Positions 48,564-57,414 of a stretch of 64,000 nt of DNA are shown here, one piece after another. Every line of letters begins with the position of its first letter. Position 1 is the first letter of the stretch. This DNA comes from Polyangiales bacterium (GTDB taxonomy: Bacteria > Myxococcota_A > Polyangia > Polyangiales > Houyiibacteriaceae). The position numbers were made by a program, and so were the translations under genes. The stretch is from positions 1-64,000 of the forward strand of contig JAXLYX010000019.1 in assembly GCA_046351215.1 (NCBI GenBank), in the 5' to 3' direction. The notes below the pieces were generated by a model. That model did no database searches, was not told the DNA's origin, and saw nothing but the letters and a program-made list of their open reading frames with translations.

Positions 48564-51140
48564 GTGTCGTCCCTCGATCCCACGAGCGTGCTCGGACGCG
48601 CGGAGAGCTTCTTCCGCGCCTGGGCGCGCGTGGTCGTCCGCCATCCGAAGCTGGTGCTCTTCCTCTCCCTGCTCTTCACGGCGGGCATGGGGGTGCTCGC
48701 CGGGACGAGGCTGCGCGTCGACAACAGCACGGAGGGATTGCTCGGCTCCGATTCGCCGTCGATGGGCGTGCTCGACGCCCTCACGCGCGACTTCGGACCG
48801 GACAAATCCTTCGTGATCGTGGTCGAGGGCGACGTCTTCTCGAGACCCTTCCTCGAGAAGCTGAGCCGATTCCACCATGCGCTCGAGGGGCTCGAGCTGG
48901 AGCTCCCGACGCTCGGCCTCGACCGGCAGGCGCGGCGTGCGCTCGCGCGCGGCGAGGCCGTCGAGGCACGGGTCGTGCGGGAGCGCAGCGAGCCGGTCGC
49001 GGCCTCCGACGATCCCTTCGCCGGTATCGAGGGTTTCGACGCGCCCGCGGCCGGAGCGGCTCCCGCCGTGCCCCGTCCGACCCGCGGCGCCCACGTCGTC
49101 TTCGAGGACGTGACCTCGCTCGTGAACGTCCGCGACACCTCGTGGCAGGACGGTTCGCTCGCGATCGAGGAGCTGCTCGAGACCATCCCGTCCGACGGCG
49201 AGCTCCCCGCGTTCCGTCGTCGTGTGCTCGCAAACCCCTCCTTGGTCGGCGAGGTGGTCGATCGCGGGGGGAGGAACGCCGTCCTGCTCGTCCGCCTCCG
49301 TCCGATGGACGAGAAGGACTCCGCGAAGGTCCGGGACCGCCTCGGCGCTCTCGCGCGCTCGTACGAGGCGCCCGGGTTCCACGTCCGGATCGGCGGCATC
49401 GCCTCCCTCGAGGTCGCGCTGAACCGGATCATGGAGCGCGACATCTCGGTGGTCTTCTCGGCCGCGCTCGTCGTGATGCTCGGCCTCCTCTACTTCCTCT
49501 TCCGCAGCGTCTACGGCGTCGTCGGTCCCATCCTCGTCGTGCTCCTCTCGGTGGTCGCGACGCTCGGAGCGATGGCCCTCTTCGACGCGCCGATGACGGG
49601 CGTGACGAGCGTGCTCTCGTCCTTCCTCCTCATCATCGGCCTCGCGGATGCCGTCCACGTGCAGACGGCCTATCGCGACCTGCGGCGGAAGGGGGCCGGC
49701 AACGAGGACGCGATCGTCGAGGCGATCGCCGAGGCCGCCTGGCCGATCGCCTTCACGGCGATCACCGACGTCGCCGGTCTCCTCTCCTTCCGCACCTCGA
49801 GCCTCCGCTCGGTGCAGGACATGGGGACCTACGCCTCCTTCGGCATCACGGTGGCGTTCGTCCACTCGCTCTGCTTCCTGCCGGCCTTCCTCACCTTCCA
49901 TCGGAAGGCGACGCTCGGCGAGGAGCGGTCCGCCGCGAAGAAGGACGCTCTCGATCGCTTCCTCGGGCGCTGCGAGGCGGCGTCGCGGCCGGTGTACCGC
50001 GACGGTGTGGTCTCGCGTCGGCGCAGGAACCTCGTGCTCTTCGCGACCGCGGGGCTCACCGTCCTCGCGCTCTTCGGCTCGGCGAGGATCCGCGCCCACC
50101 ACGATCCCCTGAGCTGGCTCCCTCGCTCGAACCCCGACCGGCAGATCACCGAATACCTCGACCATCACCTCGGAGGCTCGGGCACGGTCTCGATCGTGGT
50201 GACGGCCGCGCCGGGGCATACCGTGCGCGAGCGCGACCTCTTGCTCCGCCTCGAGCGTCTCGAGCGTCACGTGCTCGCGTATCGGGCCGCGGACGATCAC
50301 CGTCCGATCGCGACGCACGTCTCGAGCGTCCTCGACCTCGTCCGCGAGAGCTGGATGGCGGTGCACGACGACGAGGCCAGGTACCGTGTCCTCCCCGATA
50401 CGCAGCAGGGCGTGAGCGACACCTTCACGCTCATCGAGGGCGCGGGTCCGCACGAGCTCTCGAAGATCGTGACGGCCGATTTCGAGAAGACGGTGATGAC
50501 GGTCCGCGTCCGTTGGCGCGAGGCGGGGGCGTACATCCCCTTCACGAGGCATGTCGAAGAGGGCGTCCGCCGCTACGTCGGGAATGCCGCACGCATCGAG
50601 CTCACGGGTACGGTGCCCGCGAACTACGAGGTCGTCTCCTCGCTGAACTCGGACCTCCTCTCGAGCTTCGGGACGGCCCTCCTCAGCATCGCGATCACGA
50701 TGATCCTCGTCGTCTGGGACGTGAAGCTCGGGCTGCTCTCGCTCGTGCCGAACCTCCTCCCGATCCTGATGATGTCCGGCCTGATGGGAGCGCTCGGGAT
50801 CCCACTCGACCTCATGAGCCTGCTCGTCGGCTCGATCGCGATGGGCCTCGTCGTGGACGACACGATCCACGTGCTCCACTACTACACGATGAAGAAGGAC
50901 GAGCTCGGTCCCGAGCGGGCGGTCCGCTTCCTCTTCGAGTCGACCGGGAGGGCCCTCGTCGGCACGAGCGTGACGCTCTCCGCGGGCTTCCTGCTCTACG
51001 TGCTCGCGACGATGAGCAACGTGCAGCGCTTCGGCGGGCTGCTCGGCGCGACGATCCTCCTCGCGCTCTTCGGCGACCTCCTGATCACGCCGGCGCTCCT
51101 GCGCACGATCGCGGAGGGCGAGCCGCTGCCGGAGGACTAG
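48564..51140 (+). CDS. MMPL/RND-superfamily lipid exporter (12 TM, two periplasmic loops)
   Basis: Two blocks of about 6 TM helices each ('VVFSAALVVMLGLLYFLF...LIIGLADAVHV' and 'LLSIAITMILVVWDV...VDDTIHVLHYY'), about 860 aa. GTG start 5 bp after the ACP stop. Confidence 0.8.
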   Translation: MSSLDPTSVLGRAESFFRAWARVVVRHPKLVLFLSLLFTAGMGVLAGTRLRVDNSTEGLLGSDSPSMGVLDALTRDFGPDKSFVIVVEGDVFSRPFLEKLSRFHHALEGLELELPTLGLDRQARRALARGEAVEARVVRERSEPVAASDDPFAGIEGFDAPAAGAAPAVPRPTRGAHVVFEDVTSLVNVRDTSWQDGSLAIEELLETIPSDGELPAFRRRVLANPSLVGEVVDRGGRNAVLLVRLRPMDEKDSAKVRDRLGALARSYEAPGFHVRIGGIASLEVALNRIMERDISVVFSAALVVMLGLLYFLFRSVYGVVGPILVVLLSVVATLGAMALFDAPMTGVTSVLSSFLLIIGLADAVHVQTAYRDLRRKGAGNEDAIVEAIAEAAWPIAFTAITDVAGLLSFRTSSLRSVQDMGTYASFGITVAFVHSLCFLPAFLTFHRKATLGEERSAAKKDALDRFLGRCEAASRPVYRDGVVSRRRRNLVLFATAGLTVLALFGSARIRAHHDPLSWLPRSNPDRQITEYLDHHLGGSGTVSIVVTAAPGHTVRERDLLLRLERLERHVLAYRAADDHRPIATHVSSVLDLVRESWMAVHDDEARYRVLPDTQQGVSDTFTLIEGAGPHELSKIVTADFEKTVMTVRVRWREAGAYIPFTRHVEEGVRRYVGNAARIELTGTVPANYEVVSSLNSDLLSSFGTALLSIAITMILVVWDVKLGLLSLVPNLLPILMMSGLMGALGIPLDLMSLLVGSIAMGLVVDDTIHVLHYYTMKKDELGPERAVRFLFESTGRALVGTSVTLSAGFLLYVLATMSNVQRFGGLLGATILLALFGDLLITPALLRTIAEGEPLPED

Positions 51141-51144
51141 CCGA

Positions 51145-52584
51145 TCAGAACTCGAGCGAGCTTCCGAGGTAGAGGCTCACGGCGTACGTGGAGCTCTTCG
51201 TGGTCTGGCCGGGCAGGGCGCAGAAGTTCACGCCGACGGCGGCGAGGCAGCGCGTGTCGTAGCCGACGGCGAGGCTGCGGACCGAGCCGGATCCGCCCGC
51301 GAAGCGGAGGGAGAGCGTCGTGCCGAACACGAGCGGCTTCTCGCGAGGCGCGGGCGCTCCCTCGGCGGGCGGCTCGACCGGGTCCGGGCTCCCTCGGAGG
51401 TAGGTGCGGGTCTGGAGGCCCACGGTGAAGCCGTAGAGGCTCACCGGGCTGTTGAGCCCTCCGTTGGGTTGATCGGTGCGATTGGTGAACACGCCGCCGC
51501 CGATCGAGAGGCCGCGGCTCACCTCGTGGATCATTCCCGCACGTACGTTCCACGTGGGCGAGAGGTCGACGAGGAGCTCCTTGTTCTCGAGACCCATGCG
51601 GTACTCGAATTCCACGTCGATCCAGCCGTGGTCGTAGTACCACGCGAAGCCGCCCGTGATCTGGAGCGGCTGGAGCAGACCGAAGCCCCCGTTGGGACGC
51701 ACGGGAGAGACCGACGAGGTCGAGACTGCCGCGCCGGGATCGCCGGGATAGAGGACATTCGGCGGCGCGACGAACGACACGGTCGTCGCGATGCGTTGCT
51801 CGGGCGTCTCGGCGATCACCATGGCGGGGCCCCGCAGCATCAGACCGAAGCGGAGCTGCGGGAGGATCTCCCACTGCAGGCCGACTCCCGGCTGGATGCC
51901 CCAGCGGATGGGGGAATCCTTGATCTGCTCCGTGACGCCCGCCTGGTACCCGCCCGTGACGCTCATCGTCACGACCTGGTTGTTCACGTAGCTCTCGTAG
52001 ATCCCGTAGAGGTGGAATCCGAGGCGGAGCTTCGGAGTGACGGACCATCCGAGGGTCGGCCCGACGTGGTAGCGCACCCGGTTCTGATCCGAGTCGTAGT
52101 ACGAGAGGATGTCGAGCTGGCCGTAGTAGGGATCCTCGACCTGCGCCGAGAAATCCGCCGACAGCCAGCCGTAGCCGTATTGGGTCACGAAGACGCCGAG
52201 CCCGAGCGTCAAGCCCGGCTTCAGCGCCGTCGCCATCACGACGCTCGGCGAGAGGATCAGTACCTGCGTCGACGAGAGGTCCTGGGCCTCGAGCTGCTGG
52301 CCGTCGATCTGGAACGCGAAGCCATCGTCGACGTGGTCGAAGCGGATCCCGTAGAGCGACGCGCTCACGTTGAACTTCGTGCGTCGGTTCAGGGCGAGGC
52401 CCGCCGGGTTGTACCAGGCCGAGCCGGGATCGCTCGACGTCGCCACGACGGCTCCGGCGGCGACCGCGCCCTCGTCGCCCTGCGCGAAGGAATAGCCGTC
52501 GGCGCGCGCGATGGCGGGAGCCGTCACGCACGACGCCGCCGCGAGGGCGATGGCCGCCCACCTCCCGATCCGCTTTCCGTGCAT
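51145..52584 (-). CDS. FadL/OmpP1-like outer-membrane hydrophobic-compound transport protein
   Basis: Signal peptide 'RWAAIALAAASCVTAPAIARA', beta-rich sequence, C-terminal '...LYLGSSLEF' ending in Phe. Convergent with the MMPL gene (4-bp gap). Confidence 0.6.
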   Translation of the reverse strand: MHGKRIGRWAAIALAAASCVTAPAIARADGYSFAQGDEGAVAAGAVVATSSDPGSAWYNPAGLALNRRTKFNVSASLYGIRFDHVDDGFAFQIDGQQLEAQDLSSTQVLILSPSVVMATALKPGLTLGLGVFVTQYGYGWLSADFSAQVEDPYYGQLDILSYYDSDQNRVRYHVGPTLGWSVTPKLRLGFHLYGIYESYVNNQVVTMSVTGGYQAGVTEQIKDSPIRWGIQPGVGLQWEILPQLRFGLMLRGPAMVIAETPEQRIATTVSFVAPPNVLYPGDPGAAVSTSSVSPVRPNGGFGLLQPLQITGGFAWYYDHGWIDVEFEYRMGLENKELLVDLSPTWNVRAGMIHEVSRGLSIGGGVFTNRTDQPNGGLNSPVSLYGFTVGLQTRTYLRGSPDPVEPPAEGAPAPREKPLVFGTTLSLRFAGGSGSVRSLAVGYDTRCLAAVGVNFCALPGQTTKSSTYAVSLYLGSSLEF

Positions 52585-52705
52585 CGCTCGCCTCCCGTCG
52601 GAGGAACGGTATCCGAGTCCGCGTCGGGTGTCGTGGGCGGAGAAGGGCGCGACCGTCGCCCGGCGGACCCAAGAGGGTTCGAGCCGCCGGCGGACTCCTG
52701 AGCCC

Positions 52706-53170
52706 TCAGCCGATCCGCGCCAGCAAGCCCCCCTTCGAGACGGGCTCGCCGGCGGCGACCGGCAGCGCGATCACCGTGCCCGCCGTCGGAGCGGCGATCT
52801 CGAGCTCCATCTTCATCAGCTCGACGACGAGGAGCGGCTGACCCTTCGTCACGACGTCGCCGACCGCGACGAGGAGGCGCGCGACCGTGCCGGCGGTCTT
52901 CGCCTTCACGGTCCCGTCGCTCGACTCGCCCGAGGCGCGTGCGCCGGGGCCCGCGCCGCCGCCCGGCTCGAGCGGACCGAACCGACGCGTCGCGGAGCCG
53001 GTCTGCTCGACGTCGAGCCAGAGCTTGCCGTGGGCGTCCCGCGAGGCCCGCGTCCGACGTCCGTCCGCGTGGAAGAGCAGGAACGCGCTCGGCCCGAGCC
53101 GGAGCACCCGGAGGACACCCGGGAGACGAGCGAGCTCGGAATCGCTCAGGATCGATGCGCGAGCTTCCAT
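52706..53170 (-). CDS. Biotinyl (biotin carboxyl carrier) domain ORF, probably the C-terminal part of the acyl-CoA carboxylase alpha subunit, displaced into another frame
   Basis: 'PLLVVELMKMELEIAAPTAGTV' (E-[AL]-M-K-M biotinylation motif) at the C-terminus. First ATG at 53170 overlaps the biotin-carboxylase ORF by 25 nt in another frame. Confidence 0.5.
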   Translation of the reverse strand: MEARASILSDSELARLPGVLRVLRLGPSAFLLFHADGRRTRASRDAHGKLWLDVEQTGSATRRFGPLEPGGGAGPGARASGESSDGTVKAKTAGTVARLLVAVGDVVTKGQPLLVVELMKMELEIAAPTAGTVIALPVAAGEPVSKGGLLARIG

Positions 53171-54612
53171 CGCAGCCCTCCTCCGGGATGGCCCGTCGTT
53201 CGCGTGGGTTCGTGCAGATCCTCGACGAGGAGCGACTCGGCGGCGAAGCCCGGCGGCGTGCTCTCTTCCGTCAGCGCTCCGAGGTCCTTCTCGAGCGTGC
53301 GCGTGTCGTGCACGTCGCCCGCGAAGGGCGGATGCGCGGCGAGCGCGCGCAGGAGGTCGAGGTTCGTCCGCACCCCGTGCACGTGCGCGTGATCGAGCGC
53401 GTGGGCGAGGCGCGAGAGCGCGTCGGCGCGGTCGTGTCCCTGCACGATCAGCTTCGCGATCATCGGATCGTAGTGGGGCGCGATGCTCGCTCCCTCGCGC
53501 ACAGCGAGGTCCCAGCGGACGAAGGGCATCGAGGGGAGGTCGAGGTGGTGCACGAGGCCGGCATCGGGCGCGAAGCCGTTCGCGGGATCCTCGGCATAGA
53601 GCCTCGCCTGGATCGCGTGCCCGCGCGGCGCGAGCGGATGCATCATCAGCTCCTCGCGACGGATGCCGAGGGCCTCGCGGAGCTGCCATTCGACGAGGTC
53701 GATGCCGAGGCGGAGCTCCGTGACGGGATGCTCCACCTGGATGCGCGGATTCATCTCGAGGAAGTAGATCCGGCCTTCGTCGGGCGCGTGGAGCAGCTCG
53801 ATCGTCCCCGCGTTCCGGTAGCCGCGCCTCGCGAGCGCCGCTGCGAGCGCTCCGTACACCGGCTCGAGGAGGGCGAGCGCAGCGTCCGAGGCGGGCCCCT
53901 CCTCGATGACCTTCTGGTGGTTGCGCTGCAGGCTGCAGTCGCGGCTGTCGAGGATGCGGACCCCGTCGCCGAGCACGCCGAAGACCTGCAGCTCCACGTG
54001 GCGCGCGTGGACGAGGTAGCGCTCGGCGAGCAGCGAGTCGTCCGAGAAGAGCTCCTTCGCCCGACGCCGCAGCTTCGCCACGGCCTCGTCGAAGCCCTCG
54101 GGGCGCTCGACGACGAGGTTGCCGCGGCCTCCGCCGCCCGCGCTCGCTTTGAGCAGCAAGGGAAACGCCTCCGCCGGAGGCCGGACGAAGCCGCCCGCGC
54201 CGTCGGGCTCGAGAGGGATCCCGAGGTCGGCGAGGCCCGCGTCGCGCGCGAGCGCCTTCGCCGTGACCTTGTGGGCCATCTCCTCGAGGACCTCGGCGGG
54301 AGGTCCGACGAAGACCGCTCCCGCTTCGGCGACCGCTCGCGCGAGCGAGGCCGATTCCGAGAGGAAGCCGTAGCCCGGATAGACGTGGGTCGCCCCGGTC
54401 GCGGCGATCGTCGCGCGGAGCACGTCGAGGTCGTTGAACGAGCGCGAGGCCTCGGACGCGCCGTGGAGATGGAGGGCGTCGGCGACGCGGGCCGCCGGCG
54501 TTTCGACGTCGGCGGGCGTGAGGAAGAGGACGGTCGGCACGCCGAGGCGACGGGCCGCGAGGCAGGCGCGGAGCGCGATCTCGCCACGGTTCCAGACGAG
54601 GAGGCGCGTCAT
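53146..54612 (-). CDS. Biotin carboxylase (ATP-grasp) component of an acyl-CoA carboxylase
   Basis: 'MTRLLVWNRGEIALR', 'HVYPGYGFLSE', 'GGGGRG' (here 'ASAGGGGRGN'), 'EMNPRIQVEHPVTE'. ATGA overlap with the upstream acyl-CoA dehydrogenase stop. 488 aa, ends where the biotinyl-domain ORF begins. Confidence 0.85.
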   Translation of the reverse strand: MTRLLVWNRGEIALRACLAARRLGVPTVLFLTPADVETPAARVADALHLHGASEASRSFNDLDVLRATIAATGATHVYPGYGFLSESASLARAVAEAGAVFVGPPAEVLEEMAHKVTAKALARDAGLADLGIPLEPDGAGGFVRPPAEAFPLLLKASAGGGGRGNLVVERPEGFDEAVAKLRRRAKELFSDDSLLAERYLVHARHVELQVFGVLGDGVRILDSRDCSLQRNHQKVIEEGPASDAALALLEPVYGALAAALARRGYRNAGTIELLHAPDEGRIYFLEMNPRIQVEHPVTELRLGIDLVEWQLREALGIRREELMMHPLAPRGHAIQARLYAEDPANGFAPDAGLVHHLDLPSMPFVRWDLAVREGASIAPHYDPMIAKLIVQGHDRADALSRLAHALDHAHVHGVRTNLDLLRALAAHPPFAGDVHDTRTLEKDLGALTEESTPPGFAAESLLVEDLHEPTRTTGHPGGGLRWKLAHRS

Positions 54613-56393
54613 GCGAGCGAGACCTCGGGCGCGAAGCCGAACGAGCGCCCGCCGGCGACGTGGAAGGGGACGAACGAGAAGAGCCGAGCGTCGTCCGCGA
54701 GGAGGACGAGGAGCCGATCGACCTTCGCCTCCGAGTCGCGATCGACGGGATCCTCGAGGAACGCGGTCGGCTCCCGGCGCACGAGCCCGCTCTCCTCGAG
54801 CAGGAGGCGGAGCGCGAGCGAGGCGACGTCGGCCTCCCCGAGCCCGGCCTCGAGGCGTGGACCCGCCGCCGCCGCGAGGTGCACGAGACACGCGCCCGCG
54901 AAGAGGTAGGCGTAGCGGCTCGCGAGGACGGCGAACGCGGGCGAGGAGGGCTCCACGTTCCTCGACTCGAGCACCCGGACCTCCGCGTCGAGCGCCCTGC
55001 GCGCGGAGAGCAGCTCGCGCGCACGCTCGGCGAGGCGGTACTCGGCGTCCTGCCCGGCTCGGCCCGTCAGGATCTCCACGGACTCGTCGAGCCCGCCGAG
55101 CACGTCGTCGGAGCCCCGGTTGCTCGTGCGGAGGCGCGAGCGATCGAAGGGCTCGAGCGGCGCGTGCACGTCGGCGGCGGTGCGCGCGCGCGTGCCCATC
55201 GCCGGGCCGAGGTTCTTGCGTTCCTCGGCGCGGGCGGCCGCGATGCGCGGGAGCTGCGCGGCGACGATCGAGCGGTTCACGCTCGAGCTCCCGTCGAAGA
55301 GGGGGATGAGCTGCGCGTCGCGCGAGAGCTTCGTGAAGGCCGCGTACGGCCCCTCGCGGAAGTAGTGGCGGGCCCCGAGGACGACGGAGCACTCGCGGAT
55401 CGCCTCGTTCGCGAGCTCGGGGACCAGCATCTTCACGATGGCGCTCGTCACGCTCATCTGCTCGGGCAGGACCGAGAGCGAGCGCGTGCCGACGGTCGCG
55501 AGCGCGTCGGCGACGAGGATCCGGAGGAACGAGTCCCGGAGGCTCGTCCGCACCGTCTCGAGCGCGTAGACGTGCGCACCGTAGAGGTGCCGGCGTCGGG
55601 CGAAGTCGAGCGTCATGCGGAGCGCCGTGTCGGCGGCCCCGAGCGAGAACGCCGCGCACATCGTGCGGGAGACCTGCATCGTCTTCAGCACGAGGTCGAG
55701 GCCGTGGCCCTCCTTGCCCACGATCGCGGTCTCGGGGACGAAGGTCCCGCGGAAGCCGAGCCCGCTGATGTCGGCGCCGCGGATGCCCTGCGTCTTGATC
55801 TTCGGCACGGCGACGAGCGAGGTGGGATCGACCTCTTCCTTGTCGACGAAGACGATCGAGAAGCCGCGGTTCCCACCGTCGGCGCTCGTCCTCGCGTGGA
55901 CCGAGAGGTACCGACCGCGCGTCGCGTTGTTGATCGCCCACTTCGTCCCGTCGAGCACGTAGCCGTGCGGGACCTTGCGCGCCGTCACGCGGTTGCCGTT
56001 CAGGTCGCTCCCGTGGTCCTCCTCGGTGAGCGCGAGCGAGCCGCTGTGACCTGCGAGCAGGAGCGAAGCGAGGTGCGCGCGCTGTGCGTCCGTGCCGCCG
56101 AGCCAGACGGGGAGGGCTCCGAGGAGGCATTGACCCGCCGCGATCGCCGCCGCGAGGTCACGACGCGCGACGACGCGGCCGAGCGCGAGGAGGTGATCGA
56201 AGCGGGCGAGCCTTCCGCCGACGTCGACGGGGACGAAATTGCGGAAGTAGCCGGACTCGACGAGCGCGTCGAACGCGGCCTGCGGGAAGCGATCGGCCTC
56301 GTCGGCCTCGAGGGCGGCCGCGAAGCCAGAGGGCCCTGCGGCCGAGGGATCGCCGAGGGCGCTCTCGAGCGCCTCGGCCTCGTCACGGATGGG
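54609..56393 (-). CDS. Acyl-CoA dehydrogenase family protein (long form, about 594 aa)
   Basis: ACAD middle/C-terminal patterns 'GTKWAINNATRGRYLSV', 'VPKIKTQGIRGADISGLGFRGTFVP', 'LGAADTALRMTLDFARRRHLYG'. C-terminal extension present. Confidence 0.75.
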   Translation of the reverse strand, partial: PIRDEAEALESALGDPSAAGPSGFAAALEADEADRFPQAAFDALVESGYFRNFVPVDVGGRLARFDHLLALGRVVARRDLAAAIAAGQCLLGALPVWLGGTDAQRAHLASLLLAGHSGSLALTEEDHGSDLNGNRVTARKVPHGYVLDGTKWAINNATRGRYLSVHARTSADGGNRGFSIVFVDKEEVDPTSLVAVPKIKTQGIRGADISGLGFRGTFVPETAIVGKEGHGLDLVLKTMQVSRTMCAAFSLGAADTALRMTLDFARRRHLYGAHVYALETVRTSLRDSFLRILVADALATVGTRSLSVLPEQMSVTSAIVKMLVPELANEAIRECSVVLGARHYFREGPYAAFTKLSRDAQLIPLFDGSSSVNRSIVAAQLPRIAAARAEERKNLGPAMGTRARTAADVHAPLEPFDRSRLRTSNRGSDDVLGGLDESVEILTGRAGQDAEYRLAERARELLSARRALDAEVRVLESRNVEPSSPAFAVLASRYAYLFAGACLVHLAAAAGPRLEAGLGEADVASLALRLLLEESGLVRREPTAFLEDPVDRDSEAKVDRLLVLLADDARLFSFVPFHVAGGRSFGFAPEVSLA

Positions 56394-57360
56394 GTCCACC
56401 ATCGTCCACGTCCTCCGAGAAGAGAGAGGGGAGCTCGGCGCCGAGCGTCGCGGAGGCGGCGCGGGCGAGACCCTCCCAGAGATCCGAGCGTCGCCCCGCG
56501 ACGTGCGGCGTGAGCAGCACGCGGGGATGGGCGAGGAGCGCGCCGTCGGCCGGGTAGGGCTCCGGCGTCGCGACGTCCGCGAGGTAGCGCGCCTCCGGGG
56601 CACGCTCGAGGAAGGCGAGCAGGTCGTCTTCGCGGAGCAGATCGCCGCGGGCGACGTTCACCACGATCGCTCCCCGAGGGAGGCGCTCGAAGAAGCGCTC
56701 GGTCGAGAAGAGCGCGCGCGACTCGCCGGTGCTCGGCAGCGCGAGGACGACGACGTCCCCGTGCGCGACGACCGCCTCCGTCTCGTCGAAGCCGTGGATC
56801 CGGGGCTCGTGCGCGCTCGCCTCGTGGGGCGTGTGCGAGACGACGTGGACCTCGCGGAAGAGGGGGCGGAGGCGGGCGACGACGCCTCGGCCGACGTGCC
56901 CGTGTCCGAAGACGACGGCTTCCATCGTGCGTGGATCGCGCGCGACCTCGTGCGCGGCCGGAGCCCAGCCGGCGCCGAGGCTGCCCGAGAGGACGCCGCG
57001 GAGCCCGGCGAGCACGAGGAAGAGCGCGTGGTCCGCGACCGAGTCCGCGTTCACGCCCGCGGCGGAGTCGAAGCGGATGGCGAGGCCCGCCTTGTTCGTG
57101 GCGGTCTCCCAGCCTTCCGGCACTCCGGCCTGGAGGAAATACGCATAGCGGAGACGCTCCGAACGCTTCGCGAAGCTCGGTGGGAGCGCCCAGCCGACGT
57201 AGACGTCCGCGTTCCGGAGCGCGGCGCCGAGCCCCGCGACCTCGCGAACGACCTCGAGCGCGAAGCCCGCGGGCAGGGCGGCCCGGAGCGCCGCCTCGAA
57301 GGAGGCGGGCAGGTCGAAGAAGGGGTCGCGGCTCGACGCGTGGAGGACGACGTTCGGCAC
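56383..57360 (-). CDS. D-isomer-specific 2-hydroxyacid dehydrogenase family protein
   Basis: 'VVFGHGHVGRGVVARL' NAD fold, 'VNVARGDLL', 'LLTPHVAGRR' (catalytic His). Confidence 0.8.
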   Translation of the reverse strand: MPNVVLHASSRDPFFDLPASFEAALRAALPAGFALEVVREVAGLGAALRNADVYVGWALPPSFAKRSERLRYAYFLQAGVPEGWETATNKAGLAIRFDSAAGVNADSVADHALFLVLAGLRGVLSGSLGAGWAPAAHEVARDPRTMEAVVFGHGHVGRGVVARLRPLFREVHVVSHTPHEASAHEPRIHGFDETEAVVAHGDVVVLALPSTGESRALFSTERFFERLPRGAIVVNVARGDLLREDDLLAFLERAPEARYLADVATPEPYPADGALLAHPRVLLTPHVAGRRSDLWEGLARAASATLGAELPSLFSEDVDDGGPHP

Positions 57361-57414
57361 TTTACGCCTTTGAGGGAATGCGGAGTAATCCTATCGGGTC
57401 GCCAGTGTAGGTTC

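Noticed and set aside
52640-52700. tRNA-like 'GGTTCGAGCC' T-loop-like string in the FadL / biotin-carrier intergenic region
   Set aside because: Flanking sequence cannot form a 5-bp T-stem (GAGGG does not pair with CGCCG) and no acceptor/anticodon arms can be drawn. Not a tRNA.
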